Below are positions 18,550 to 28,242 of a DNA stretch of 64,000 nt, piece by piece. Under the pieces are notes generated by a model. It was not told the origin of the DNA, searched no databases, and was given only the letters and a program-made list of their open reading frames with translations. The stretch covers positions 4,930-68,929 of the forward strand of contig CAIWFH010000188.1 in assembly GCA_903911925.1 (NCBI GenBank), written 5' to 3'. This DNA is from an uncultured Acidobacteriaceae bacterium. Lineage in GTDB: Bacteria > Acidobacteriota > Terriglobia > Terriglobales > Acidobacteriaceae. Positions within the stretch are counted from its first letter, which is position 1; each line of letters opens with the position of its first letter. The position numbers and the translations under genes were made by a program.

Positions 18550-19251
18550 TTAGATTTCAGAACGGCGTGTGCGGGCCATCCAGCGAGCCCCCAGAGCCCC
18601 GCCGCCGATAGAGAACAACAGTAAAAACGCCGAGCTAAAGGCGTAAGCCATGGTGTATATGCCGGCATGGCCTTCAGGAGAAGCAATCCAGGATTGAATG
18701 CGAGCCAGCCCTGGCTGAACCTGCGCGACCTCTGCCGGACTTTTCGCCGCGACCGATTCTTGCGTTTTCAGTTGCCATGCGTCGGAGAAGGTTTTGTACA
18801 CGGCGTCAATCTGCGGAGCCTGATGGAGGACAAACCGCTCTACAAATAATGCACTGCCGCTGACGCCAAATGCCAGCCACGCAACCATGAGCCCGGTGAC
18901 CAGCCCGATGCGCGCCCCGGCGCCGATCGTGATCCACGCCGCGCGCTGTTTGCGTACATAGAGAGTGACCGCCCAGGCCGCGCCCGCTGCCGCCCAAATC
19001 ACTCCAAAAGGGCTCAATGGCGACACCCCGCTAGACAGCAGACCGGCCGGAATGGCGAGCAACAGGGCAGCGCGCAAGGCCGGCTTCCAGGCCACGGTGC
19101 CTGCGTCGTGGACTACCTCGTCGGGTTCATCGGGCGAAGATGGAGCCGCCGCGCCCTCCGCCTCGTAGACAAGCTGCGGCAGACCGCAATGCGGGCAGTA
19201 ACAGTTTTCAGCCAGGACCGGTTGGTGGCAGCGGGTGCAGGAAATCTCCAT
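18550..19251 (-). CDS. zinc-ribbon plus multi-TM membrane protein
   Basis: CTRC...CPHC N-terminus followed by 4 hydrophobic helices. Confidence 0.85.
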   Translation of the reverse strand: MEISCTRCHQPVLAENCYCPHCGLPQLVYEAEGAAAPSSPDEPDEVVHDAGTVAWKPALRAALLLAIPAGLLSSGVSPLSPFGVIWAAAGAAWAVTLYVRKQRAAWITIGAGARIGLVTGLMVAWLAFGVSGSALFVERFVLHQAPQIDAVYKTFSDAWQLKTQESVAAKSPAEVAQVQPGLARIQSWIASPEGHAGIYTMAYAFSSAFLLLFSIGGGALGARWMARTRRSEI

Positions 19252-19301
19252 ACATCTATGAGCCTATAGCATTCCGCCGGGCACTGGGCAGGCGAGGAAA
19301 T

Positions 19302-19499
19302 TCAGTGGCCTGAATGCTTGCGCCGTGTGACCTTCCGCCCGGGAAGCCGGAGTGCCTGGTGAAGAAACGCGTAGCCCCTCTGCTGGCAATTGCGGCACCG
19401 CACCGGCAACTGAAGAATCAGAATACGTGCAAGGTCCGCAATCCGGAAACGCGAGGTGCGCAGATCTTGAGACAGGCAATTGGGGCACATCATCTGCAT
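19302..19499 (-). CDS. small basic zinc-finger-like protein
   Basis: CPNC...CRNC pair in a 65 aa ORF. Confidence 0.65.
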   Translation of the reverse strand: MQMMCPNCLSQDLRTSRFRIADLARILILQLPVRCRNCQQRGYAFLHQALRLPGRKVTRRKHSGH

Positions 19500-19640
19500 T
19501 TCGACCTCTAGGGCTGGGCATCAGGCTGACAGAAACTCTGCTTGTAGAGATTACGGATGGGGCCCAGCCTAAACTAAAGCCAGCCGCGCTGGATGTTCAA
19601 AATTGCTCAAAAACCGCTGCGGAGGATCGTGGAAAACAAC

Positions 19641-20366
19641 TCAGGAGTGACGAGCGGGCTCTGCTAATCTTGCGGCGACGATAGCATCGGCCGCCTGAAC
19701 GACCTGATCGAGCGTCATTTCGGTGGAGTCCAGCACCACCGCGTCGTCGGCGGCCTTCAGCGGAGATTCGGCCCGGTTGCGGTCGCGCGCGTCGCGGGCG
19801 CGCAGGTCGCGAATGACCTCTTCAGGCTGCTGAGTGGACTTGGGGCCTAACTGGTCAAAGCGGCGCAGGCCTCGGACTTCAGGCGCTGCATCCAGGAAGA
19901 TTTTCACATCCGCATGGGGAAAGACGACCGTGCCGATGTCGCGGCCTTCCATAACCACGCCGCCCTGGGAAGCGAGTTGCTGTTGCAGGCGTACCATCCA
20001 GGCACGAACGGGGGGAAAGACGCTGACCCTGGACGCCGCCTCGGTTACGGTTTGATTGCGTAACATGCCGGTCACGTCTTCGCCGTCAAGCAGGACGCGA
20101 TTATTTTCATCGCCGGGTTCCAGGCGAATGGTGGTTTCGTCGGCCAGCAGTTTCAGGGCGTTGCCATCGTCCAATGGCAGCTCTGCGCGCAGCGCCTTCA
20201 GGGCGAAGGCGCGGTACATGGCGCCCGTTTCAAGGTTCATGAGGCCAAAGTGCTCCGCAATGTGGCGGGCAACTGTGCTTTTTCCCGCGCCGGCAGGACC
20301 GTCGATGGCGACGATAATCTTCCTGCCGGGCTGGATCAGGTGCGAGGGTTTTTCTTCCGCAATCAT
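19641..20366 (-). CDS. cmk: cytidylate kinase
   Basis: AIDGPAGAGKST, ETGAMYR, VMEGRDIGTVVFP, RDARDRNR. Confidence 0.96.
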   Translation of the reverse strand: MIAEEKPSHLIQPGRKIIVAIDGPAGAGKSTVARHIAEHFGLMNLETGAMYRAFALKALRAELPLDDGNALKLLADETTIRLEPGDENNRVLLDGEDVTGMLRNQTVTEAASRVSVFPPVRAWMVRLQQQLASQGGVVMEGRDIGTVVFPHADVKIFLDAAPEVRGLRRFDQLGPKSTQQPEEVIRDLRARDARDRNRAESPLKAADDAVVLDSTEMTLDQVVQAADAIVAARLAEPARHS

Positions 20367-21955
20367 CCGTGCTTCTTCGTTCCCTGCTTGGGCCGGGCGG
20401 TGAAGCCAACCCGGCGGCTGCTGCCGGTTTTTGCGCCGGCCGCCAGCGTGGGTTTACGGCTGCTGCGAACAGGGCGGGCATCGGGCCTGGCGTCCTTGCG
20501 CGGGGCGCTGCCGTTGCGCGAGGCTGAGCTGACCTTTCCTGCGGGCTTGGCCGAGCTGGCGTGGCCGTTGCGATTGCTCCAGGCTGCTGCGGGCTTTGCG
20601 GTCCTTGAGCCGTTCGAGGGACTGGCCGGACGAGCCGGACGAGCGCTGGAACCGGCAGCTGGACGGGGCCCATTGGCTGGCCCATGAGCGGCTGTATGCT
20701 TGCCGTTACTGCTCCCGTTTCCATTCTTGGGCGCGCCGGCACTCCAACGGGCGCCAGAAGCGGGCCGGGAATCCGAAGCGGAATGGCGAACCGGGCGGCT
20801 GCCTGAAGACGGTTGCGTCGGCTTGCGGTCGCGGGAGTGAGGCGTAGGCCGGCTGAAGTGAGGCCGGGCCGCCGCGGGCTTGCCGGCAATGGAAGGCTTG
20901 CGGGCTGGCGTGCTGCGCGGCACGTGGGACTCGGCGGGCTTGTGGGCCGCTGCCTCAAGCGGAATTTTCACTTGATCGTCAATCGATGCGGGCGCCGTGG
21001 CAACCGGCGGCTTCTGCGCCACCGGCTCATGGAATTCTTCCTCATGCTCAAAGGAGCGCATGAAGTAGGCCGAGGCGGGCATGGACGAACTGGAATAGGC
21101 GGTTGGCGGCACGGCGAACTCCGGCAACGTACCAGCAACGTAGAAATGCGGTGCGTGGCCCAGAGAAATGGTGTGAACCTGGCGCGTGGCAACCAAACCG
21201 CGAAGGACTTCGCGGACCTTGCTGCGGGCAGTGAGAGGAGCCAGGAAAAGCTCAACCTCTTCCATGCTGGCGGCGATGACCGCCTGCAGATAGATGGAGG
21301 CCAGGACGGAGATAGCGGTGACCTGCGAGGTGGATGCGCCTTCAGCGATGGCCTTCTGATAGCGCGTACGCAGCAACTGCCACTTGGCGGCCTTGCCGGG
21401 AGCCGAGACAACGGGGATGATGCGCAGTTGCTGCCAAAGCTCTGTAATGGCGCGGAGCACAGCGGCCTCGGTGACTTCCCTGCCCAGGGCGTGCTTCAAC
21501 TCGGCAATGGTAGCGTCGCCCATCTCCAACTGCTTGTAGGCCTGTACGGCCAGTTGCGAAACCTGGCGGGAGCCCGTGAGTTGGGGGCTGCGGCGCCAGT
21601 CGCGATCGCCGCGGAGAGCATAAACATAAGGCAGGACCCAGGCGGCTACCACGAAGTCGGGCTGCTCGCCCACCTGGCCGAGCAGATTCAGCCGCACGGC
21701 TACGCTGTCGGTTTCAAGGCGTACCAGCAACTCTTCTGTCAGGGCAACGTGCTTGGGGTCGGGGGTCGCGTTGCGCTGACCTGCAACAGCCTCAACGAAC
21801 GATGGCGCGATGGAAAGGGAGTATTGCCGACGGGGCACGAAGAGGCAAAAGCCGGTCTCTTCAATCCACGTCCGCGAGTCCTCAAGGGTGATTGTCCCGT
21901 GTCCGTTCTGGCGCATCCTTTCGGCGCGCGATGCTTCCAATTGCTCTGCTGTCAA
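20363..21955 (-). CDS. hypothetical protein: about 290 aa globular (winged-helix-like) domain plus long basic disordered tail
   Basis: 530 aa ORF coupled to cmk by a 4-bp overlap; Pro/Ala/Ser/Arg/Lys-rich C-terminal half. Confidence 0.8.
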   Translation of the reverse strand: MTAEQLEASRAERMRQNGHGTITLEDSRTWIEETGFCLFVPRRQYSLSIAPSFVEAVAGQRNATPDPKHVALTEELLVRLETDSVAVRLNLLGQVGEQPDFVVAAWVLPYVYALRGDRDWRRSPQLTGSRQVSQLAVQAYKQLEMGDATIAELKHALGREVTEAAVLRAITELWQQLRIIPVVSAPGKAAKWQLLRTRYQKAIAEGASTSQVTAISVLASIYLQAVIAASMEEVELFLAPLTARSKVREVLRGLVATRQVHTISLGHAPHFYVAGTLPEFAVPPTAYSSSSMPASAYFMRSFEHEEEFHEPVAQKPPVATAPASIDDQVKIPLEAAAHKPAESHVPRSTPARKPSIAGKPAAARPHFSRPTPHSRDRKPTQPSSGSRPVRHSASDSRPASGARWSAGAPKNGNGSSNGKHTAAHGPANGPRPAAGSSARPARPASPSNGSRTAKPAAAWSNRNGHASSAKPAGKVSSASRNGSAPRKDARPDARPVRSSRKPTLAAGAKTGSSRRVGFTARPKQGTKKHG

Positions 21956-22152
21956 AGAAAAACCTCACTTCCAGGCTGGCGTTACCGCTAAACCATTGAT
22001 GTTGCGTCCTGATTGGCCTGTCCTAAGGTCTCAGCGCCATCTAAAGCGCATCGACTCAAGTGTTACGGCTTTGGGATGCATTGTCCCTGGTTTGGCTAGT
22101 CTTGCCGGGTGACCCTCTCCCCTGAGAGGAGGGTTGCCACCTTCCAGACGTT

Positions 22153-24240
22153 CTAAATCCGGTGGAAGGCCCGCTGGATCTCCTTCCAAGAATACAGCAA
22201 AGCGATTGGACGTCCATGCGGGCAACTGGTTGGATGGCTTGTTTTTGCCAGTTCCAACAGTAACCATTCCATTCGTGCCGGGTCAAGAGGCGTATTGACC
22301 TTGATGGCGGAATGGCAGGCAATTGAGGCGGCTATTCGTGTCCTGAGCGCGGTAAGGTCTTCATTCTGCTTGGGTTCGTGCGAGTCCTCGGCGCTGGACT
22401 GTTCGATTACCTCGGCCAGCATACGTTCCAGGGCTGCGCCCTCAAGGCCAACCGGAGCGGCCTTGACCGCAAGTGTTTGAGGGCCAAAGGGTTCTACTTC
22501 AAAGCCGTTGCGCTCAAGCTCCTCGGCAATGCGGGCAAAGACGACCATCTGCGCAGGTTTCAGGTCAACAAGCAGGGGCATTAGTAACCTTTGGCGCTGC
22601 ACCTGCTCCACCTGGCGATCACGAAGAATTTTTTCAAAAAGTATTCGTTCGTGTGCCACATGCTGGTCGATAATCCATAATCCGTCGTCGCCGGTGGCCA
22701 AGATGAAGGATTCGCGCAACTGCCCGAGCGGGTGCAGCGACCCAAGCTCATTGAGGTTGGCGGCGGACTGCTCGGCCTCCACCAGGGCTGTGGCCATGGC
22801 GGCCTCCCGCGCCGGGTCAGCGGCGTAAGCTGTTGCAGCGCCATTGCTTGGAGAGCATCCATCTGCAGACGGCATGCCGGCAGGCTCAAAAAGGGCCGCT
22901 GCAGCATCGCCCCAGGCTTGCCGGTCCATCCATCCGCCCCGGCTCATCGAGACGGGATCAAAGGGAAGGCGGACGGGAATGGGCGCCGGAATCTGGGAAG
23001 CCAACCGGAAGCTTTCGGACTCGGAAGCCGCGTTTTGCGGTTCAAAGGGATCGGAGTCTGGCGGCAGCAATTCCGGCGAGCCGGGGATCGGTGAAATGGA
23101 GGGTGGCATCAGCGAGGGGCTCGCAGCGGGCGCCGAGTCAAGCGCCGCCAAAAAACCGGCAGAGGGGCGCGCCTTGATGAGTGCAGTGCGCAGGCTGTCG
23201 CGGACAAAGTCGTGAACAAGACTCTGCTGGCGGAAGCGGACCTCGGTCTTGGCTGGGTGGACGTTGACGTCCACTTCTTCCGGGGGCATTTCAAGAAAGA
23301 GCAGCACCACCGGAAAGCTGGTGGGCGGAATCACGTTGCGATAGGCCTCGGTGATGGCGTGCATCAGGAGGCGGTCGCGGATAAGGCGCTTGTTGACAAA
23401 GATATAGATCGAGTTGCGGTTGAGCTTTTGCAACTCGGGCTTGGAGTAGAAGCCAGTGAGGCGCAGGGCGCCCGGAGCGCGTTTGGGCTCGTCCGGATTC
23501 TGCTTCCACGGAGGTGGCTCGGGCAGGCCGCCATGTGCCAGCGGGGCTTCGGCAGCCACAGGCAGCAGCGCGGCCAGAGTGTCTTTGCCGAATATCTGGT
23601 AAATCCTCTCCGCGGTGCGTGCAACCGGCGGCGCGGAGAGAATGGTGTGGGTGGCCGAGGTCAGTTCAAAGTGCTTCTCGGGATGGGCCAGGGCGTAGTG
23701 GGTAACGAGCGCCGTGACATGGGCCAGTTCGGTCGATTCCGCGCGCAGGAATTTGCGGCGAGCGGGGGTATTGAAGAAAAGATCGGCCACGGCGAGAGTG
23801 GTGCCGCGGGGGAGGCCCGCGTCTTCGACGTGGAGGATTTTTCCGCCGGCAATTTCAAGCCGGGTCCCGGCTGCGTCGCCATCCGAAGACGATCCCGTGG
23901 CGGTTTCAAGCGTGACGCGGGCAACGGAAGCGATGGAGGGAAGAGCTTCACCTCTAAATCCGAGGGTGGCGATGGAGAGCAGGTCGTCGGCGGTGCGCAG
24001 CTTGGAGGTGGCGTGGCGCTCAAAGGCCAGCAGGGAGTCGTCGCGGTTCATGCCGTGGCCGTCGTCCGAGATGCGGATCAGCTTGCGCCCGCCCGCCTCG
24101 ACCTCGACGCGAATGCGGTTGGCGCCGGCATCCAATGCGTTCTCAAGCAGTTCCTTCACTACCGATGCCGGCCGGTCCACCACCTCGCCGGCGGCAATCT
24201 GGTTCGCTACCTGGTCAGAAAGTACTCGGATCCGCCCCAT
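22153..24240 (-). CDS. mutL: DNA mismatch repair protein MutL
   Basis: NQIAAGEVVDRP, ELLENALDAGA, GFRGEALPSI, DVNVHPAK, IDQHVAHER, CHSAIK, CPHGRP. Confidence 0.97.
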   Translation of the reverse strand: MGRIRVLSDQVANQIAAGEVVDRPASVVKELLENALDAGANRIRVEVEAGGRKLIRISDDGHGMNRDDSLLAFERHATSKLRTADDLLSIATLGFRGEALPSIASVARVTLETATGSSSDGDAAGTRLEIAGGKILHVEDAGLPRGTTLAVADLFFNTPARRKFLRAESTELAHVTALVTHYALAHPEKHFELTSATHTILSAPPVARTAERIYQIFGKDTLAALLPVAAEAPLAHGGLPEPPPWKQNPDEPKRAPGALRLTGFYSKPELQKLNRNSIYIFVNKRLIRDRLLMHAITEAYRNVIPPTSFPVVLLFLEMPPEEVDVNVHPAKTEVRFRQQSLVHDFVRDSLRTALIKARPSAGFLAALDSAPAASPSLMPPSISPIPGSPELLPPDSDPFEPQNAASESESFRLASQIPAPIPVRLPFDPVSMSRGGWMDRQAWGDAAAALFEPAGMPSADGCSPSNGAATAYAADPAREAAMATALVEAEQSAANLNELGSLHPLGQLRESFILATGDDGLWIIDQHVAHERILFEKILRDRQVEQVQRQRLLMPLLVDLKPAQMVVFARIAEELERNGFEVEPFGPQTLAVKAAPVGLEGAALERMLAEVIEQSSAEDSHEPKQNEDLTALRTRIAASIACHSAIKVNTPLDPARMEWLLLELAKTSHPTSCPHGRPIALLYSWKEIQRAFHRI

Positions 24241-24504
24241 AGGAACTTAGGGTAACGCAGAAGAGCAGGGGTGAGGGATCAGAGATCGGCGCGGGATGCG
24301 AATGTCGCCGGCTGGGACTCGCGATGAAATTGAACCGGACCATGTCCGGATTCGTACATCTGTTTGTCGAAACCGCACAACCCGCGCCTGGGCAGGCTCA
24401 CCGTTGGGGTGCATCGAGCTTTAATTCAACAATTTAAGTTCTGACTGGTTTGGCGGTCGGCTTGCTTTACCAGGTGGAAGACTCATTTTGCGCATGGAGG
24501 CTCC

Positions 24505-26970
24505 ATGGGAACCTTGTTTCAGGATCTTCGCTTTGCCTTTCGCCAGCTCAGAAAGTCGCCAAGCTTTGCCATTACCGCGGTGCTGACCCTTGCTCTTGGA
24601 ATTGGCGCCAACACGGCGATCTTCAGCGTGGTGAATTCGATCCTGATCAAGCCGCTGCCGGTCGAGAACGCTCAACAGCTCATGTCGCTGGTTCCGCGCG
24701 AGAACAACGGGCCATTGCAGGCGAATCTCTCCTGGAACGAGATGAAAGAGATCCGCCGCCAGGGTGGGCACTCGTTCAGCCAGGTGATTGCCAGCACCAT
24801 TGGTCTTGACGGCCTGGCGGTGCAAGGCCAGCAGCCGCAGCGGATCATGACCACCTATGTGACCGGCAATTACTTCAGTGCGCTGGGGCTCAGCCCCGCC
24901 GCCGGGCGGCTCTTTCTGCCCAGCGAGGGCGAAGTCATCGGCCAGGACCCGGTGATCGTGCTCAGCTACGACTACTGGAAGAAATCGTTCAATAGCGACA
25001 CATCGGTGGTGGGACGGCCGGTCACAGTGAATGGCCACCCCTTTACCATCGTCGGCGTGGCCCCCAGGGGTTTCCACGGGGTGCAGAGCTTCATCATTCC
25101 GGCGGCCTACCTGCCCTTGTCTGAGATTCCAATTGACGGAACCACTGCAGATGCCCTGAACACCTGGCAATACCGCGGCTTGGCCGTGCTCGGCCGCCTG
25201 CAACCCGGGGTGACGGCGAAGCAGGCCAACCTGGAGTTGAACCTGATTGTGCAGAGCATCATGCGCCAGCATCCGGATGTTGAGAAGAAATTGAGCATCG
25301 AGGCCCATCCGGAGACAAGCCTGCGCCTCAACGCTGGCGACCCCAACACGATGTACGTCGTCGCCGGGCTTTTTCTGTCCCTGGCCGTGATGGTGCTGCT
25401 GCTGGCCTGCGTCAACGTAGCCAACCTGGTGCTGGTGCGGGCCACGGTACGCGAACGCGAAATGGCCATCCGCACGGCGCTGGGAGCGCGGCGCGCTCGG
25501 CTTATCGGCCAAATGGTCACCGAGAGCGTGACGCTGGCGCTGATGGGCGGCGCAATGGGCGTGCTTCTGGGCATGTGGGCCAGCTACACGCTGGGCCACA
25601 TCGACCTGCACGCGGATTTGCCGCTGGCGCTCACTTTTGAGTTCGACTGGCGCATCTTTCTCTATTCCCTGACCATTGCCTTGCTGGCCGGAGTGGTTGT
25701 AGGCATTGTGCCGGCGCTGCGGATTGCCAAGGGCAACGTGAACACCGTTTTGCATGAAGGCGGTCGCGGCGTGACCGGCGGACGCCACTGGCTGCGCGAT
25801 AGCCTGGTTGCGATGCAAATCGCCGCCTCGCTGGTGCTGCTGGTGATCGCCGGCTTTTTTGTTCGCAGTCTCTCTGCCGTGCAAACCATGGATTTCGGAT
25901 TCAAGCCGGACCACGTGGTCAACTTTGTGGTTGACGCCAACGAGATTGGCATGACCGACGCGCAATCGCGCGAACTGGCCGGTAACATCACGGCCCGTCT
26001 GCACCAGATTGCCGGGGTGGACGCCGTAACCCATGCGAATTCTCTGCCGCTGGGCTACTTTGGCAACGGCGACCGGCTGACCATCGATGGAGTTCCGCCT
26101 CCGGCGAATGCCACTGACCTGGACGCCGGCTTCAATGTCGTGGCTCCTGAGTATTTCAACGTGATGGGCATCGATATACTCCGCGGCCGCGCCCTCGGCG
26201 AAGAGGACAACGAACACGGGAGAGATGTGACGGTCATCAGCGAGAGCACAGCGCGCAAGTTCTGGCCCAACCAGGACGCACTGGGCCGCACATTCCGCAT
26301 AGGCGCCGAGCCGGCCCGCAAACTGGAAGTGGTGGGCATCGCCCGCGATGCGGAGTTCCAACTCTTCGGCGGCGGAAAGACGCGGCCGTATTTCTACCTT
26401 CCGTACGCGCAGCACTTGAAGGGAAACACGTTGATGGTGTTCCAGGTGCGGTCGGAGCGCGATCCACTGGCGCTTATTCCAACTGTCGAGAAGACGATCC
26501 AGGCGCTCGCGCCGCAACTGCCCATTTTCCAGGTGCAGACCATGCGGCAGGGAATGTACACGGTGAACGGTTTGCTGCTGTTTCAAATTGGCGCTTCGCT
26601 CGCCGCCGTTATGGGTGGCCTCGGGTTAACTCTGGCAGTGATTGGGCTTTATGGCGTTGTGTCGTACACGGTGGGTTGCCGGGTGCATGAGATCGGATTG
26701 CGCATGGCGCTGGGAGCCAGCCGCGGCTCGGTTTTCAGGATGATCTACCGTCAGTCGATGGTAATCATCGGCGCGGGCCTCGGGATTGGAATGGCGCTCG
26801 CGTTTCTGGCCGCGCAGGCGGCGGGGAGCTTCGTGGTGGTCAGCGTGAAAGACCCGTCAACCTATGCACTGGTGGGGACGGTGCTGGCGCTGGCCGCACT
26901 GGCTTCGTGCTATCTGCCGGCGCGCCGCGCCATGGCGGTGGAACCCATGGCTGCGCTGCGGGAAGACTGA
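24505..26970 (+). CDS. ABC transporter permease, MacB/FtsX-duplicated (ADOP family)
   Basis: QDLRFAFRQLRKSP, LALGIGANTAIFS, ACVNVANL, REMAIRTALGA, EIGLRMALGA, PARRA. Confidence 0.95.
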   Translation: MGTLFQDLRFAFRQLRKSPSFAITAVLTLALGIGANTAIFSVVNSILIKPLPVENAQQLMSLVPRENNGPLQANLSWNEMKEIRRQGGHSFSQVIASTIGLDGLAVQGQQPQRIMTTYVTGNYFSALGLSPAAGRLFLPSEGEVIGQDPVIVLSYDYWKKSFNSDTSVVGRPVTVNGHPFTIVGVAPRGFHGVQSFIIPAAYLPLSEIPIDGTTADALNTWQYRGLAVLGRLQPGVTAKQANLELNLIVQSIMRQHPDVEKKLSIEAHPETSLRLNAGDPNTMYVVAGLFLSLAVMVLLLACVNVANLVLVRATVREREMAIRTALGARRARLIGQMVTESVTLALMGGAMGVLLGMWASYTLGHIDLHADLPLALTFEFDWRIFLYSLTIALLAGVVVGIVPALRIAKGNVNTVLHEGGRGVTGGRHWLRDSLVAMQIAASLVLLVIAGFFVRSLSAVQTMDFGFKPDHVVNFVVDANEIGMTDAQSRELAGNITARLHQIAGVDAVTHANSLPLGYFGNGDRLTIDGVPPPANATDLDAGFNVVAPEYFNVMGIDILRGRALGEEDNEHGRDVTVISESTARKFWPNQDALGRTFRIGAEPARKLEVVGIARDAEFQLFGGGKTRPYFYLPYAQHLKGNTLMVFQVRSERDPLALIPTVEKTIQALAPQLPIFQVQTMRQGMYTVNGLLLFQIGASLAAVMGGLGLTLAVIGLYGVVSYTVGCRVHEIGLRMALGASRGSVFRMIYRQSMVIIGAGLGIGMALAFLAAQAAGSFVVVSVKDPSTYALVGTVLALAALASCYLPARRAMAVEPMAALRED

Positions 26971-27106
26971 GACGATTTAGTACGGCGCAGAAATCCAGTT
27001 CTTTCGGCTCCCATAGCGAACCAGTTTAGGCGGTTTGAAGCCCATCACACTGCTCGCTCTTCCGCCTATCAAGGCGTTCTAATCAATCGCCCCTGGACTC
27101 GTGCAG

Positions 27107-27156
27107 TGTCAGATATGTCCCCGGTTCAAAATGTCAGGTATGTGACCGGTTCGTAC
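27107..27156 (+). mobile_element. probable IS481-family terminal sequence (orphan right end)
   Basis: Direct repeat tgtcagatatgtccccggtt / tgtcaggtatgtgaccggtt (25-bp period) ending in gtac; matches my recollection of IS481-type ends; no transposase ORF attached. Confidence 0.55.
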
Positions 27157-27168
27157 CCAGGCCCAATA

Positions 27169-27330
27169 CCCCCCCTCCCCGCAGGTCTTTCTGGCAAATT
27201 ACTCATTCTCAATGAGATCGAGGTGGTGATCCGGTCCAAGTTAGTTGTTTTGTTGCACTTGTGGCGCAAAACCCTGATAGGAAAGGTTTTGCGGCGCTTT
27301 GTCTTCCAGTCCTTGCTGTCCGCAAACACT
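27169..27330. repeat. second C-run element with AAGT-N15-ACTT palindromes
   Basis: C-run 27169-27180; aagttagttgttttgttgcactt 27238-27260 (reverse complement aagtgcaacaaaacaactaactt); gcaaaacc...ggttttgc hairpin. Confidence 0.55.
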
Positions 27331-27541
27331 CTTCTGGCTTGACTGCCAGCGAAGGACACCCTGAATTCAATCATGCATCAATTGTTGAATTAATCTGCAG
27401 CGAAGGCAGGGGTATTCCCTAGCCTAAAATCCACGAACGGACCGCTGGAAGGGGGCAGATTCCGGTAACTAATTATTCATCAAGGAGATACGTTGAATTT
27501 AAATTATGAGTGTAAGTCGCGCATATTTTATGAACTTGTTA

Positions 27542-27583
27542 TGCTATATTATCATCAGAAAAGATGAGCGGCAGGGACTCAGG
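27542..27583 (+). promoter_or_regulatory. extended -10 promoter and HAIR-like operator upstream of hsp20
   Basis: TGcTATATT at 27542-27550; gaTGAGc-N7-aCTCAgg at 27563-27583 versus HspR HAIR CTTGAGT-N7-ACTCAAG. Confidence 0.5.
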
Positions 27584-27626
27584 TTCCAGCCCCATCCTTA
27601 ATCAATCCGTCTGGAGGTAGAAAGTC

Positions 27627-28103
27627 ATGGCAATTACTCGTTGGGACCCGTTTCGTGAAGTTGTGGCTTTGCAGAATCGCATGAACTCGCTGTTTCGCGA
27701 TCTGAACGAAGGCGACGATCCGGTGACGACTGCGGCCTTTGCGCCGGCGGCCGATATCTATGAAGACGCAACTAAAGTGGTGATCAAGCTCGAGGTTCCG
27801 GGCATGGAAGAGAAGGACCTGGACGTGCGGGTTGAGAACCACACGTTGACCGTCAAGGGTGAACGCAAGTTCGAGGCCGAGGAGAAGGAGCAGAACTTCC
27901 ATCGCATCGAGCGACGGTATGGCAGCTTTTACCGGGCCTTCACGCTGCCCTCAACCGTGGATACAGGCAACGTGGCGGCCAGCTACAATGCTGGCGTGCT
28001 GAAGCTGGAGTTGACCAAGAAGCCCGAAGCCCAGCCCAAGCAGATCAAGATCAACGTGGGCGGCAAGAAGGCTGAAGAGCCGGAGCTGGTCGGAACGCGG
28101 TAA
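27627..28103 (+). CDS. Hsp20/alpha-crystallin small heat-shock protein
   Basis: PAADIYED, LEVPG, LTVKGER, RIERRYGSFYRAFTLP, YNAGVLKL. Confidence 0.96.
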   Translation: MAITRWDPFREVVALQNRMNSLFRDLNEGDDPVTTAAFAPAADIYEDATKVVIKLEVPGMEEKDLDVRVENHTLTVKGERKFEAEEKEQNFHRIERRYGSFYRAFTLPSTVDTGNVAASYNAGVLKLELTKKPEAQPKQIKINVGGKKAEEPELVGTR

Positions 28104-28104
28104 G

Positions 28105-28139
28105 ACAGTGGTTAGTGATTAGTGGATAGTGGTTAGTTG
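28105..28139 (+). repeat. heptamer tandem repeat (TTAGTGG-like) x5
   Basis: acagtgg-ttagtga-ttagtgg-atagtgg-ttagttg; related units at 2350-2377. Confidence 0.75.
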
Positions 28140-28142
28140 TCT

Positions 28143-28176
28143 GCGGCCGGGGGAAACATTGCTTTCCCCCGGCCGT
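28143..28176 (+). terminator. hairpin terminator after hsp20
   Basis: cggccgggggaaa...tttcccccggccg 13-bp stem. Confidence 0.7.
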
Positions 28177-28242
28177 GCTTCGAGGGATACTGATGCTGAC
28201 CAGTGCGGGTTCTAATTTCGCTGATGACGCTCGAAAGGAAAG

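Noticed and set aside
18396-18686. N-terminal extension of pyrR in the ORF track
   Set aside because: Overlaps the upstream gene and contains the PyrR-type leader motifs; PyrR similarity starts at ATG 18395
24421-26586. 721-aa minus-strand ORF
   Set aside because: Antisense shadow of the ADOP permease; no motifs; expected in GC-rich DNA
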